Source of the DNA: Felis catus
Taxonomy: Eukaryota
Length of the DNA stretch: 64,000 nt
Direction of reading: 5' to 3'
Assembly (NCBI RefSeq): GCF_018350175.1
Contig: NC_058382.1
Coordinates: forward strand, 52,392,001 to 52,456,000
Shown here: in pieces, positions 1 through 12,579 of the stretch
Position numbering within the stretch: position 1 is the first letter of the stretch
Layout: each line of letters opens with the position of its first letter
Program-made: the position numbers and the translations under genes
Notes under the pieces: model-generated
The model's input: the letters and a program-made list of their open reading frames with translations, nothing else
Database searches by the model: none
What the model was told of the DNA's origin: nothing

Positions 1-324
1 CATCTGTCAAGCGTCCTCAGCACGCTCTGTGATTCTTGTCTGTTGGAAGTGGAGAAGGTTCGGCTGGAGAAGCCTGTACCCCGAGTACATGTTGTAACAG
101 GTGTCAAAAGGCAAACACAAGTCACATTACGGTTCTGCTTAATTTGCTTTGGGTTTGCTTTACTTTGGATTAAGAACAGTGTTGTGTAGCTTCCCCCACC
201 CCGCTTCTTGTTCTGAATGCCTAACTTTAAATGAAGTGACTAGCATACCTTATTATTTAGTCTTAATTGTATTAGTGAGTGAGCATATGTGTGCAGAGCG
301 TGGAGACAGAGTGAAAAGGGAAGG

Positions 325-515
325 AAGAGTCTGGAGTTTGAGTCCCAGTGCCTTCCTTACTAGCTGTCTGCCCTTGAACCAGGTAATTAGACTTTCCTCA
401 GGTTGCCTGGGAACTGATAATAATAGGTACTTTCCGATATTCTTGTAAGATTCACATGCAATATACATACAGGGTCTAGAAGTGCCTGTTAAATAGGAGC
501 TTAATATGTGATACT
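325..515 (+). mobile_element. MIR SINE, degenerate
   Basis: CTTACTAGCTGT core and AGTGCCTG...ATAGGAGCTTAATA tail resemble the MIR consensus. Confidence 0.7.
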
Positions 516-657
516 TGGCATTGCTGTTTCTGCTGTAGTTATTGTGATTCATGTTATCTTTATATAAAACACAGTTCCTTAGGAGTAAGTTTTCCATTTT
601 TACACGGTAGAGACTTACCATTTTAGTATTAGTGGCACATGTTTCCTGAGCACCTAG

Positions 658-735
658 GTTTCATTCATTTAAGAGGTATTTACTGAATGCCCACTATGTA
701 CCAGGCTCTGTGTCAGACCCTAGGGGGACAGTGGC
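658..735 (-). mobile_element. L2 LINE 3' end fragment
   Basis: TCATTCATT..TATTTACTGAATGCCCACTATGTACCAGGCTCTGTG resembles the reverse complement of the L2 tail. Confidence 0.7.
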
Positions 736-1295
736 CGGCTGCAGCTGGCAAGCCCCCACCCTGGCAGGAGTGCTTTGCAGAGAAGTGGATACGGATCCCC
801 ACTGGCCAGGAAGAAGGATTCTGGTCAGAAGATGAGTGTGTCCCTACCTTCAGAGAGATGTGTCCCTTGCCCGAGTCCAGCAAGGCTTTGGCTTCAAGAC
901 AGGACTTCCCTCAATAGGGCGGCGGTGACGGACTGCGTCCCCGGTGTGGCTGCTTTCAGTGGACACGTTCGCGCTGCTCTGTGGCCTGTGAGTCCTACCT
1001 GGCCGTTCCCGAATGTGGGAAGAGGTCGCTGCACCGAGCAGGCATCAGCTGACAATGCTATCCCTGTCTGCTGTGCTGGGTTTCAAACCACTCAGCAAAC
1101 TGGTTAAATCCAAGTTTTGCTTAGTCGTCTTTCCAGTTAAATCTCATCAGTTAGATCATACGTAGGGTTGTTGTGTCTGATGTGAGACTGCTCAGCTCTC
1201 CTTACTAGCTGTGTGGCTCTTATGCCTCCATTGTCTCACCCATATAATGGGGATCACAGTATAACGGACCTCATCAAATTGTAAGGATTAAAAGT

Positions 1296-1510
1296 TTTTT
1301 TTGTTTTAATGCTTATTTAGTTTTGAGAGAGAGAGAGAGAGAGAGCACGAACAGAGGAGAGGCAGAGAGAGGGAGACGCAGAACCCGAAGCAGGTTCCAG
1401 TCTCTGAGCTGTCAGCGCAGAGCCCGTTGTGGGGCTCGAACTCACGAACCTCAAGATCACGACCTGAGCCGCAGTCGGACGCTTAACCGACTGAGCCACC
1501 CAGGCGCCCC
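1296..1510 (-). mobile_element. Can-SINE (SINEC_Fc type) inserted in a MIR
   Basis: Minus strand reads GGGGCGCCTGGGTGGCTCAGTCGGTTAAGCGTCCGACT head, (CT)n and A-rich tail; MIR-like sequence flanks it (about 1180-1295 and 1515-1560). Confidence 0.95.
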
Positions 1511-1649
1511 AGGGTGAAAAGTTTTAAGCGTTAAAGTGCTTCTGTAAACGTAGGGTAAAGCGAGGGCCACGTGGCTCTTCTCTTGCTCGTTCTTATTTTT
1601 AGCAGTAAGTGCCTTGTTGTGTGAATATTCAACCTTAGGATGCTCGTTT

Positions 1650-2200
1650 TTATCATTTTTTTGCCTTTACGCCACCCTCTGTGTCTCCCCCTCCCCGCAC
1701 CCAACCCCTCTACTAACTAAGGTAAAACACACTAGCAATTTCATAAGTGCCTTCCGAAAGATTTTTTACCCTCGTATTTTATGTGTCTCCTACATATGGG
1801 TGTACACGCACATATACATCCAGATACGTATTTGGGGCTTTTGAGAGGTCGCCTTTCTGGTAGTTTTGCTTGATTGCACACACACTCCTTCTTTGCATGC
1901 TGTTCTGTATCTTTCTTTTCTCGTCCGACTATAGCACGATACTCCATGATGCAGACATACCATGATTCATGCACTTCTTCTGCATACTGAATGTGTTAAA
2001 GGGCATTCATTTGGATTCTAAAGGTTTCTGCCTGCGCTCCCACCTGGCCTCAAGTGGGGAGACAATGAGCATCTTTGTTCATAGTCAGACGGATGCTTTT
2101 ATTTCTGTGGGATGGATTCCCAGGTGTGGGATTGCTGGGCCAGACTCTACATTTGTAAAATGGATTTTTATCAATCTAATGGATTGTGCTGAAGAGAGCC
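1650..2200 (-). mobile_element. Old L1M fragment
   Basis: TTTATTTCTGTGGGATGGATTCCCAGGTGTGGGATTGCTGGG and ATACTCCATGATG motifs typical of antisense L1 3' region. Confidence 0.7.
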
Positions 2201-2870
2201 AAAAATCTTGATAGAAACAGTCAACTGAGAGCAAATTTTTTAGATGTAAAAGTGGATGGTAATTAAGAGAACACACATTAAAAAGAGTCATTTGACCAGC
2301 ATAGCACAGTATTAATTGATTTTAATGTCTGGAAGTTGTTGGATTCCAATATTTGGGGATGAAGAAGCAGGTGGGAAGGCCACGAGTTATGCACACCTAT
2401 TTTGCACCCGGTATTAGGAAGTAGCTAGCTTACCGTTGGCTCCTGCTTTTTGTAGGACAGAACTTTTTCATGGAGAAGAATGGGCTGTGATGGAGATGCT
2501 GACAGGGAAACCAGCCTGGGGGAACGTGGGAGAGACAGAGCTAGTTATGAGGCACGGTCCAAGTTCACGTTCTGGTGTTGCTGTCTACCGGCCGAGCAAG
2601 ATTGGGCGAGTCATCCATCTGCTGTTCAGGCCTCCTTTTTAAAAACTGGACTGAGTTCTTCTATTTGTGTGACAGGGCTGCCATACAGGTTAATAGATTA
2701 AATGTATTAATATATGTAACACAGACTCTGAATAAGTGTTACCCAAAGAATGGGAGTCATCATATTGGTTTTCCAATTATTTTGTTGGTATTATTAAGAT
2801 GCCTACCTTAAAGAGTTCTTCTCAAAGTATTAGGTAGTGTTGAGTCAATGCTTTAAGGGAAAAAACCTCA

Positions 2871-3085
2871 GGGCACCTGGGTGACTTAGTCTGTTAAGCG
2901 TCCAACTGTGTATACTCCGGTCATGATCTCACTGTTTTGAGATCGAGCCCCACATCAGGCTTTGTGCTGACAGTGCAGAGCCTGCTTGGCATTCTCCCTC
3001 TCCCTTTCTCTCTGTCTGTCCCCTGCTCTCTCTCTCTCCCCTCTCATTCTCTCTCTTGAAATAAATAAACATTAAAAAAATAAAA
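2871..3085 (+). mobile_element. Can-SINE, older subfamily
   Basis: GGGCACCTGGGTGACTTAGTCTGTTAAGCGTCCAACT head, (CT)n, AAATAAATAAACATTAAAAAAA tail. Confidence 0.93.
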
Positions 3086-3314
3086 GAACGTCACTTTTTA
3101 AAATATAATAAGCCCACATGAAAATGCAATTTACCCTGAATTCTGCATCTCTGAAAACTGGTGTGTGTGTGTGGGGGGGGGGGGGGTGGCTGGTGGTGGT
3201 AAGTTTGTAGGGGATGTGGATATTTGTCTGTGTTTTATTGATGTGTATATAGTTTGGGTATTGGAGATGGGGAAAGCGAGCATTTGAAACCCACAGCAAA
3301 TTATGCAAATTTCC

Positions 3315-3435
3315 AAGGACCTGAGGTTCGGAGAGGTTAAGTACTTTGCCAGCAAGTCGTCTTGTGGTGAGTGGTAGTGTGGGTTACAAACCAGCGGCTG
3401 TCTATGTCTGAGGCCCGTGTTTTTTCCACACAGAG
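3315..3435 (-). mobile_element. MIR fragment
   Basis: CTGAGGTTCGGAGAGGTTAAGTACTTTGCC resembles the antisense MIR core. Confidence 0.7.
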
Positions 3436-6400
3436 GAGTCCAAAGGAGAAGGGAAGACATAAAAAGGCATTTTCCAATATTCAGAAGTTGTTCTGAGATT
3501 CACTCGTCCTTTCCATGCTGTCTTGGGCAAGGCAGGAAGTAGATTCACGAGACCTGGAAGGAGTTGAAATATGAGGGTTGGAGCAGCAACTCAGAAATTC
3601 TGGTTAACTCAAGCTAGCATTCTGGTTTACTGAAGGCCCACTCTGTATTAACAGAAAAACAAAAACTTTGTTCTTTGAGTGTCTCTGAGACCTAGCTTCT
3701 TCGAACCAGTCCCCTCCATTCGCATTTCTGGAAGTTTCCCTCTGTGCGGAATGGCGATAACTCACCCAGCCCCTGAGCTCTGCCTGTAATCTCTTCTTCT
3801 ACTCCGATGTCACTCTTCTTTGCCTTCTTCAGAAGCTATTATATGACCTCCAGATTTCTCTTTGACTCCCTGTATTACCATTAGAAGACATCTACACTGG
3901 GAAATCGCTCAGTTCCTGTTTTTGATTAATATTTTATCAGCCGCAAGAGGAAATGGTATTCTATAGCAACACTAATAAGTAATTGAGCAGATGAGATGCT
4001 CCTGCTAGCTTTGGTAAAAAGTACAGGCAAGGTTACAAGTCGAGAGCTCAGGATAATAAAGTCAGGTGTCTGAATCGAATATCTGATAGGGTTAAAATAT
4101 AACGCTGGTACGAGCAGAAATCAAGCGCGAAATCCCGTTTTGAGCAGTGGCTTGCCGATCTGTATTTATTGACTATAGTAATAATAATGGTAAGAATTAC
4201 TACCTTCATTTAAAGCCGCATATCTAAACCAAAGGGCCCAAACTGCTAATTTTGTAGTGTTTAATATATACCATTATGTATAAGTTCAAGGTGATTGAGT
4301 AGACAGCTACAGACTGGATACGGTAGCCCCCAGCAGGTACTGAGAATCCCACTCACCCCGCTGTATTCAGACGGTTCTAAGAGAGAGGAAGCAGCAGAGG
4401 CATCAGTAATAATACCATCCGGTAATTACTGAATCATAAATGTTTGGGGAGCTGAAGGTCACTGGCTTAGTAGCAACCCTAGTCTGTCCTTGTGCATTTT
4501 AAATGCTTGTATTCTATATCCGTGTGGTGGTATTTTAATTCCCACCGGACAGTCTGAATGGGGGGGGGGGGGGAAGAGCTATTTTTACATAATATATTTT
4601 CTTCATCATGGGTGAAAAGACTTTTTTGTTTTTCATAACGTGATGGCCTTCAGTAAGTGGAAATGACTTTAGCACATCACAGCCCGTCTTCTTTATAGAA
4701 ATACGTTACGTGTTCCTTCATACATGGTGTCCAGCATGGGGGCGTCTGATTTATGGGAACATGACCCTCGGGGGCATCAGGAAACAGCTGCATGCACATT
4801 CCCTGCAGGAGGCCAGGCTCTCATGAGAGGCCCAGAATACAGTCAGGAACGGGAGAGTGTGGGCAAGAAATTGCAGGTAAGAACACAGCACCTCTGTAAG
4901 AAATACCAGTGGGTTTTTTTTTCTTTCCTTGAGTATTTTATTCACATTTGCTAGCATACTCAAGCACAATTCACTTAGGTCTGTATTTCTTGTGTTTCAC
5001 ACGGGAACTTTCATTAAATTGTGGCAATTCCAATTTGCGTGGTTATCAAGTCAACATCAAATAACGTGAACTGTGTTCTTAGCCTGTAAACCTCACTTTG
5101 TAAATCTCTGATGCACTTGAGTTGATTCCCTTCTTTGGGCTTCCTTCTCTTTATAAAGTTACCATTTTTATTGCTAAGGTACTGTTATTGTTGGTTTTTA
5201 AGGGGAACTGTCATAACCACACCTGCCGTGGGAACCAGACATTATGGACAATGCAGCCGTGTATGATCTTTTTGTTGCTGTTGTTTAAAACTGTTTTCCA
5301 TCAGATGCTTCCTTCTCCATCTCTCTTCATTATAATCCAACTTAATTAGTAAAATTTAATTGATTCCGCATTTGTCACTTAGCTAATGAATTATTAGCAT
5401 TTTAAGAAATAATATGTAACGTCTATTAATGGAGGTTAAAATACACGGGTTGCTTAATGTCTTCTGATAATACGCATTTTTTTAATAGAAAGCCAAATAG
5501 AAAATATTTGCCTGCAAGAAATAGTTCTTGTGGTTCTTATTTTATAATCAGAATTGAGGCGCAAAATGCTTTGGAGCCTCCAGCACATTTTGTAGGGAGC
5601 ATTGATGAAGAAACCCCTTTTCTCTCTTTTTAAACAATCTTCTCTGCCCCTTGGACCCAAGAGGGAGCAAGGGCAGCGGTGTGGTGGAGAGAGACTTTTG
5701 CTGTCCGGAGCCTGGAGCCAGGCTTCATGTTTGAAGTTGTTACTCCTCCTCTTCTTCTCCCAGTTCGTCCCCAGCCAGTTCGATCCCAGTTGTGGTGTCT
5801 CTGACCCAGGGCGTCCACGGTTTGAGAGTCACCCGAAGCTTTAGGAAGATCAGCATTGCTTTAAGAAAAAGGTCTGAGGGGGGAGAAAAAGTGTAATTCT
5901 TTTCCTTCCAAACGGAGATATAAAAATCATATAAGCATGATTTATCATTTGATTGGAACATTATATTTTATGGTCGTGAAACACACGTATCATCTGATCT
6001 GCCTCTGACATCTAGTAGGCCATTCTGCCTCTTTTAATTTTGATGAAAGAGCATCCACAGCAGTATGTTGATGCATCCACGGCCCTGGTCATTAACGTGT
6101 TGTTCTGGAGCTAGCTGGAACAGAGGAGTGGGCTCAGAGCACCCAGAGGAGGGGCCCCATTCCATCAGTCCTGGAAGGGGGCGGGTGGAAGGAGAGAGAA
6201 GTAGGCATTGCTTCGGGCTCCTGCTGATCTGATGCCCTTGAAGGTGCTGGTGGTTCTGGATCCTTCCACTAGGAAGCATGGCGGCCCTGAGACATCTTTC
6301 CTGTGACCGTCATGAACAAGGATGGCAGTGCACGGGCTCTAATGCAAGTGGCTCGCCGAAGGTACACGTTGAAATGGGAAAGGTCCCAGCAAGACTGTAT

Positions 6401-7589
6401 AATATGCAGACAGAGTGCCAAATGAAAATGTGAGGCTCCAGCAAGGGACAGAGAAGTTCATCTTTCCTCTCCTGGGCCCACCACCCCAATCTTGAGCGGA
6501 CAGGTATCCCCCAAATGATTGCAACCTTCACTGTGGGACACACTTGAGACCTGGTTCAGGGTGCACACAAGTCTGTTTCTCCAGTCACCAGCCCGGTGCA
6601 CTAGGGTCCTGCCAGCCCAGGGCTGGGGAGGACTGCAGGCTTTCGTGACCTCCGTCCTTTCCCACAGCCTTGCCTAGGCCCCCGCCAGGAATGCAGGGCA
6701 ACGGGGGGAGGCCGGTGTCCCTGCTGAGGAAACCTAGGTTGAAGGTGACAGTGGTCTCAAGGTGTACGGGCTGAGAGGGAAAGGCTGGCTTGGCCCAAGG
6801 TGCCAGTGGGCGGAGAGCAGGTGGCTGAGAATCCATCCTAGCTGGGCAGTGTTGGGGGCGGGGCAGATAGACACCTGAGCCAAGACTCTCAGGCCCCAGC
6901 ACCTGCTCCTCTCTTCCGCCAGACTTCACTCCCAAAGCACAGACTCAGACCTAAAGTTGTAAGAATTACAGCACAGTGAGTGCCGAGCTCTGAGCCCCAA
7001 GCACGGGGCCCTGCGTCACCGCACCGGCCCTGGGTCCCAGGAAAGCTCCCTCCCGCGCAGTACTAATGGGGAGCGTTTCCAGATCACGGCTTCCGGGAGG
7101 CCAAATCACAAGCTTGTGAATTGAACGGAAAAGCTTTTGATGAAAACTGTAGTATGTGGTCTCTTCTTATTTCAAAGTGAGTTTGAAGCAAATCAAAACG
7201 CGAGCCCCTCCTGCTCTTGGTGAGGTTCATGTGTAAACATTTGTCAAAACACATGGCGACTCTATGCTTTAAATGGATGCAACTTATTATATGTAAATGA
7301 TACTTCAACAAAGTTGATTTAAGAAGACAAAACAACGAAAAAAACCAAAACCCTGCTCTGTAGGGATGAAAGACTGCAGGAACTGAGGACAGCATTGACT
7401 CAAGTTGGTGGCAGGAGTGAGTGTCTTTTCCATCTGGTTTGTATCCCCTTGGATTGAGCAGTTTTTACTGCATTTAACCGTGTATGTGTCAGTCCCGCTG
7501 TGCACCTCCCAGCAGGCTGGGCCTTTACAAAGTATGTTATTACACTGAATCTTTGTAATAACCCAACGCGGGGGGGTTACTCTTCAGTG

Positions 7590-7803
7590 CACTGGTCTTC
7601 GGTCGGGGTGGTTTTGCTTGCCACGGGACATTCGGCACTGTGTAGAGACATATGAGGTTGTCGCCTCTGGGGTTGGGGGGCGCTGGAGGGAAGGTGCCGC
7701 TGGGCGTCTAGAGGGTGGAGGCCAGGGATGCTGTTACACATCCTAAACGCACAGGAAGGCCCCCACCACAAAATGCCAGCGGTGCCCATGTCGAGAAACT
7801 CTG
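7590..7803 (+). mobile_element. MER20 hAT-Charlie DNA transposon nested in a MIR
   Basis: GGGACATTCGGCACTGTGTAGAGACAT...GAGGCCAGGGATGCTGTTACACATCCTA...GAGAAACTCTG follows the MER20 consensus along its length. Confidence 0.9.
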
Positions 7804-8909
7804 CTGTGCCCCATTGTGAAAGATTCAAGGTGGTTACGTCGTGGGACTAGGAACTGGGAGGGGTGGAGATGTTAACACAGCCCACTGCCATTTCCATCTC
7901 GTTTACTAGGCGTAATTAGCAAAGAATTAACAGCAGAAGACTGCTCTCACCAATGCCTACCTAGAAAGCCCTCTTATTCAAGGTGCTAATTAGAGTGTTT
8001 TGTTGCCAGTAAAAACAAGAGTCAGATTTCATGATTGATTCATGATCATTTTAAAATTAATGCTGCTATTATCATACAAAGTAGTGGTAAGTGGAGGTAA
8101 GAGAATTTTTGCTTTGGGATACTAAGTCAACATTACAGTAAACACACAGCAAACCCATTTATCTCGGGCTTAATGCTTTGTTGTTTCTTCTAAGCATTTC
8201 TTAGGTGCCTTTGGGCTTTTTAGCATTCTTTGGCAGTCGTAATTTATTAATTGATTTTTAAATTTGGCTTGCGAAAATGAACTTTAGTTAGGGGTTTGAG
8301 GAGAATGAAAAGGCCTGTGTGTGTTTCAATGGCTGGGTCTTCCTGTCCAGCATTGGGGATCCGCAGAGCCAGACAACCTGGGGACCAGGCGGTGTCTGAG
8401 GCTCCCAGCTTCCTCACATTGCGGATGAAGAGTCAGCCGCTTAGACAAGGTCTTTCCATCGTATAACTTTCAATGAAAATCAGTGATACTGAGTGGCTCT
8501 CCATCAAATGCATCTTAACAGCCTCCTCGAGGTGAGTGGGTCTGTTGAACTAGTTGGCACAGGGGTTCTTAGGTTTGTTCTGTTTCTGTTTTGTTTCACG
8601 TTCGGTTTGCTTGTTTGGTGGTTCTGTTCCCTGGCAGGCGGGCAGTCTGAATACGACTTCTCAGAATGGTTTTAAGTGCATACTGTAACATACCTGGGAG
8701 TCTAAAGGCCACCAGCTATCCTGAAACACAGTTCTGTGCGCTGCCGAGGCACGTGTTGAAGCAAAACCAACACGCGATGCTAGTCGCAGCTTCAGAAATC
8801 TCTCTCTGTTAAGAGTTTTGTGGCTGTCTCCACGTGGAGATCTGAAATTATTCCCCCTGTGAAATTCAGCCAGACAAGTTCTGCATCTAGCTGCTGATCC
8901 AGATAGCGA

Positions 8910-9070
8910 CGATGATAATTTTTAATATCGTAGACTGCTTATACTATTCTGTACTACTCAAAATGCTAAGCATTTTGCAGCACACTATCTCATTTAACCC
9001 CCCTACCGGTCCACAGGCAAGAAAACAGGCTCAGACACTCACCATCCAAGTTCCAAACCTGTGCACACTC
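8910..9070 (-). mobile_element. MIR fragment
   Basis: TGCTAAGCATTTTGCA..TATCTCATTTAA..AAACAGGCTCAGA. Confidence 0.6.
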
Positions 9071-10252
9071 TTAATCCCCTCCCAGTTAATCGTCTCACTT
9101 TCGTTATTGTGGATGGCATTTCCATTTGGCGTGATTCTTTGGAGTTTCAGGTCTCATGAGTCTTGGTGTATGTTGGGTGGAGATACTTCCTGGGTTCTCA
9201 CAATGCTGGTAGCCAGAAATTAGGCAAACTAAAACAAAGATCTCAATTTGGCTTCCCAGGCTAAATGTAAACTTGGACATTCAGCAGTTCTGGGAATTTG
9301 CCTTGAGGGACAGCAAAAGCAAGGACAGAATCATCACTCTCCAGGATGGATCATTTCATGAGTATTTTCCTCTTTGTTTTTCCTGAGGATGACACTGGAG
9401 GGAAGCCCTCTCCCAGACCTCCCTTCGGTCAGGATGGTTCCAGTGTTTAAATTCTGCAGCCTGTTTGTTGCAAATAATAAAGAATGTGGTTATGGATATT
9501 ACTGTCTTATCTAAGACATCATTATCTCACTCCCCAAAACTAATGTGTGTTTTGCTCCCAATTCTTCTAATTTTTCCCAAATGGGTGAAGTTGGATAATC
9601 AGAAAACCTGCCAATGAAAGCAACTCTGTCAGTCTCTTATTGTCCAGACCTACTTGCTCTCATGAACTCTCCGGGCAAAATCAAGTAATGGATTTCAGTT
9701 TAGGTTGCACATGTAGGTGTTCCTTTGGACAAAATTACCAGCAGAATACACGTGAGTGTTCAGTAGCTGATTTCAAAGAGACATGGTCTAAGTCTGGATT
9801 TACTGTGATGCACATTTATGTTTTCAACACACATTGTCCTTTCCTCAAATGAACAAAGCATGGCCGAAGTAATGCATTGATCTATCAGCCTCTCAGTCCC
9901 CAAGTCAACCACGGAAAGAATGTTTTGCAGACGTTTACCATGGGTAACGCTAGGCCAGACCTGTCTTAGTGGTCAGTCAAGGAATCCTGGAATTTTTTTG
10001 TGACTCACCTATCCAGAGAGGCTTCCTGAGGTTATTTTGTTTGAGGAGAAAGTGTTGTAAAGTGTGAAATGCCCAGCACAGTACTATAAATTGTGGGTGT
10101 ACACATTAAATACTTTAAAAAGATATGCTTGCAATGCAATCAAATTAATACATGCTAATCAAAAGAACACTTCAAAGTGCAAAGAGTATCAGTCAAAATG
10201 CTCATTGCCCTCCCACCCTGCACCTTTCAAAGAAAATGACCTTGAACTCTGG

Positions 10253-10440
10253 CACTGTCTGTTAAACTTGGATTTAAGTCGGAATCACAGTCCTGCAGAG
10301 GTGCTTGTTAGAAATGCAGATTTCCCTATTCCGGTCTGGATCTTTTGAGGCAAAATCTCCTGGACTTGGGACTTAGCTATCTACTTTTTCAGATCTCACC
10401 AGGTGGTTCTGTGGCCATGCTGAGATAAAACTTGGGGAGA
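10253..10440. mobile_element. MER5-family DNA transposon
   Basis: GAATCAC..GCTTGTTAGAAATGCAGATT..CCAGGTGGTTCTG pattern. Confidence 0.65.
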
Positions 10441-11219
10441 TGAGGGGCATTCCATTTAGACACCTCCGTGAAGAAATGGGTGGGCAATCGATACAAGTGC
10501 ATATCCTGGCTTAGCCTGTTTAATTTTCTTAAGAGGATATTAATTGTCCCTCTGTTCATTTGGTTGCCAAATGCTCATGGGTTCTGCCCATATTTGGCAA
10601 CAGAGAATGTCCGCACTGGCAGTTCTTGCCAGGGGTTATAACTTCAGGTCCCTGCTCTGCCACATTGATCAAACGTTTGCTGTACTCACTGAGAATCCAT
10701 CCATCCCATTTTATATTCTAAAATTTGTCTTCGAAACAGACAAGATCACCAGGACACAGGATACTTGAACCACATGGTTTGGACTCAAAACTGGTTGTCA
10801 TTATCCATCTACTCTTTGTGGAAAATGAGCCAGGGAGAGGGACTGATGTAAAGCGTGCCTTTTCTCTGGCAGGCTGTTGGTTTCTTGGGGTCGGTGAGCA
10901 CCAGTTTGTGGACTGTGGGTGAGGCAGTCCTGGACCGGGTGGCCCCAGTGGCAGGGAGCTCGTTGCCTTGTGACCCAGCATTTGGCCCTTCCCCCTTTTT
11001 GAACATGCAGAGGGCTCTGTCCTCATCCTGTACATTGGTATCTGGGATTCCCAATGAATCGGTAGCAAAGCGAATACGTTTTCTAAGAGATTTTCTAAGG
11101 TGAGCTTGAAGGCTTCTAGTGGGAGACTTCTAGTGAGGTAGGATCATGGGTCCTTCTGAACGGCAGATCTGTGGTTCTGCTGCTTGGAAGTTGCCCTTTG
11201 TCCACATTATCTCCCCCTC

Positions 11220-11500
11220 GTCCTTGGGTCTCAGCTTCAATGTTACTTCTTCCGAAAGCCTTCCTTGGTCTTGGAGAACAAAGTTGGATGCTGCTCCTGA
11301 ACATTCCCTTAGAATTTTCTAGATCCCCATTGCTGTTAGCGTGCTTGATCATCCTATTTGTCTATGTGTCTGTCTTCTCCAGGAGCCCCACTAAGGGCAA
11401 GTGTGCATCAATGTTGTTAATAGCTGGACTCCCCAGGTGTGGGTGTAAGGCCAGATACCAAATAGTAGCACTACAAATATTTGCCCAAATTAAAAGGTGA
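11220..11500 (+). mobile_element. L2 3' fragment
   Basis: AAAGCCTTCCTTG..AAGGGCAAG..ATAGTAGCACTACAAATATTTG L2 tail pattern. Confidence 0.55.
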
Positions 11501-12579
11501 ACACCAAGAGAGTTCTTAGAAAGAGGGATGTAAGCCAGCGTTCTAATTCAAGTCATACTGGGAAAATGGACATGAGAATTGTTGAATCCCTGAGTTAGAA
11601 GGAATTTAGAATTAACCAGCTGGTTTTTATCTGCAGTGTGGACATCCTAGAGGTATTGGTGTCTGCCCTGGGGCAGGAGGCTTGCCTTTTCTGAGGCTGC
11701 TCCAGTATCAACGATGAAAACTGCTGTCTTCCTCAGGATTAAGTCAACCGGTCAGAACAAATAGGCTTGCACAGCACCTGGCGCAGTATAGGTGTTCAAC
11801 AAACACTAGCTGTTCTTTGTCACTATAAATCCCGCTTGTGTTTTGAAATCCTGAGGCCTCCTTGACATAACCCACGAAAAGCCCTCGAGAGACTCATGGT
11901 GAAAGTCGACGATTGTATTTTCCCTGGAGACTCCGTTTTGATTTAGATGTCCACAGCATCTAATCTCTACCGGTAAAAAAGGAAAATTTTGAAAATGAGA
12001 GTTTTGGCATGATTGGACCCAGGGGTGGAAGAGGACAAGGCCAATGGCCAAAAACACAAAAAAGCATCCCGGAATCTTAGAACGGAGCACCGGTGGGGGG
12101 GCTGATGGCCTTAGACGGGCGCCACTTGTCTCTACCCTTTGGTCTAAACAGTAGTTATCTCAAAGGCACTTATTTGGGAGAATGCCCTACAGTATTGCTT
12201 TATGTTGTGACTATAGATAGACACCCCCAAGTTCATGTCAACTACAGAAGTTGCAAAGCTAGTTTATGTCTCGTTCTTTCTCTCTCTCCCTGTGTTGAGA
12301 CAGCCCTCTATGGAGCTTGTCTGCACACCACGAGCAGAGGCCGCAGACAGACAAGGTCTGTTCGGGGAGATAACATCACCTGTCACTTCTGCCTCTGCCG
12401 TCAGAGTCTGAGTGGTCGGTGATGGAGAGAGACCGAGGCTGGATTAGGTTCCCCCCGGCCCCCTTTCTGAGTCCGGGAGATGGATGGTATGGGGAATCAC
12501 TCCCTACTTTCTCTGTCTCCGTGTCCTAGAGCAGCCCCAGCGGAAGCTAATGGTAGGACTCCGTTTCTCCAAAGAGGAG

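Noticed and set aside
1317..1517. Recurrent MAQSVKRPT-type ORFs and tRNA-like A/B boxes (also near 21.2, 36.8, 47.2 and 57.9 kb)
   Set aside because: Can-SINE sequence; tRNA-derived heads, not tRNA genes or proteins
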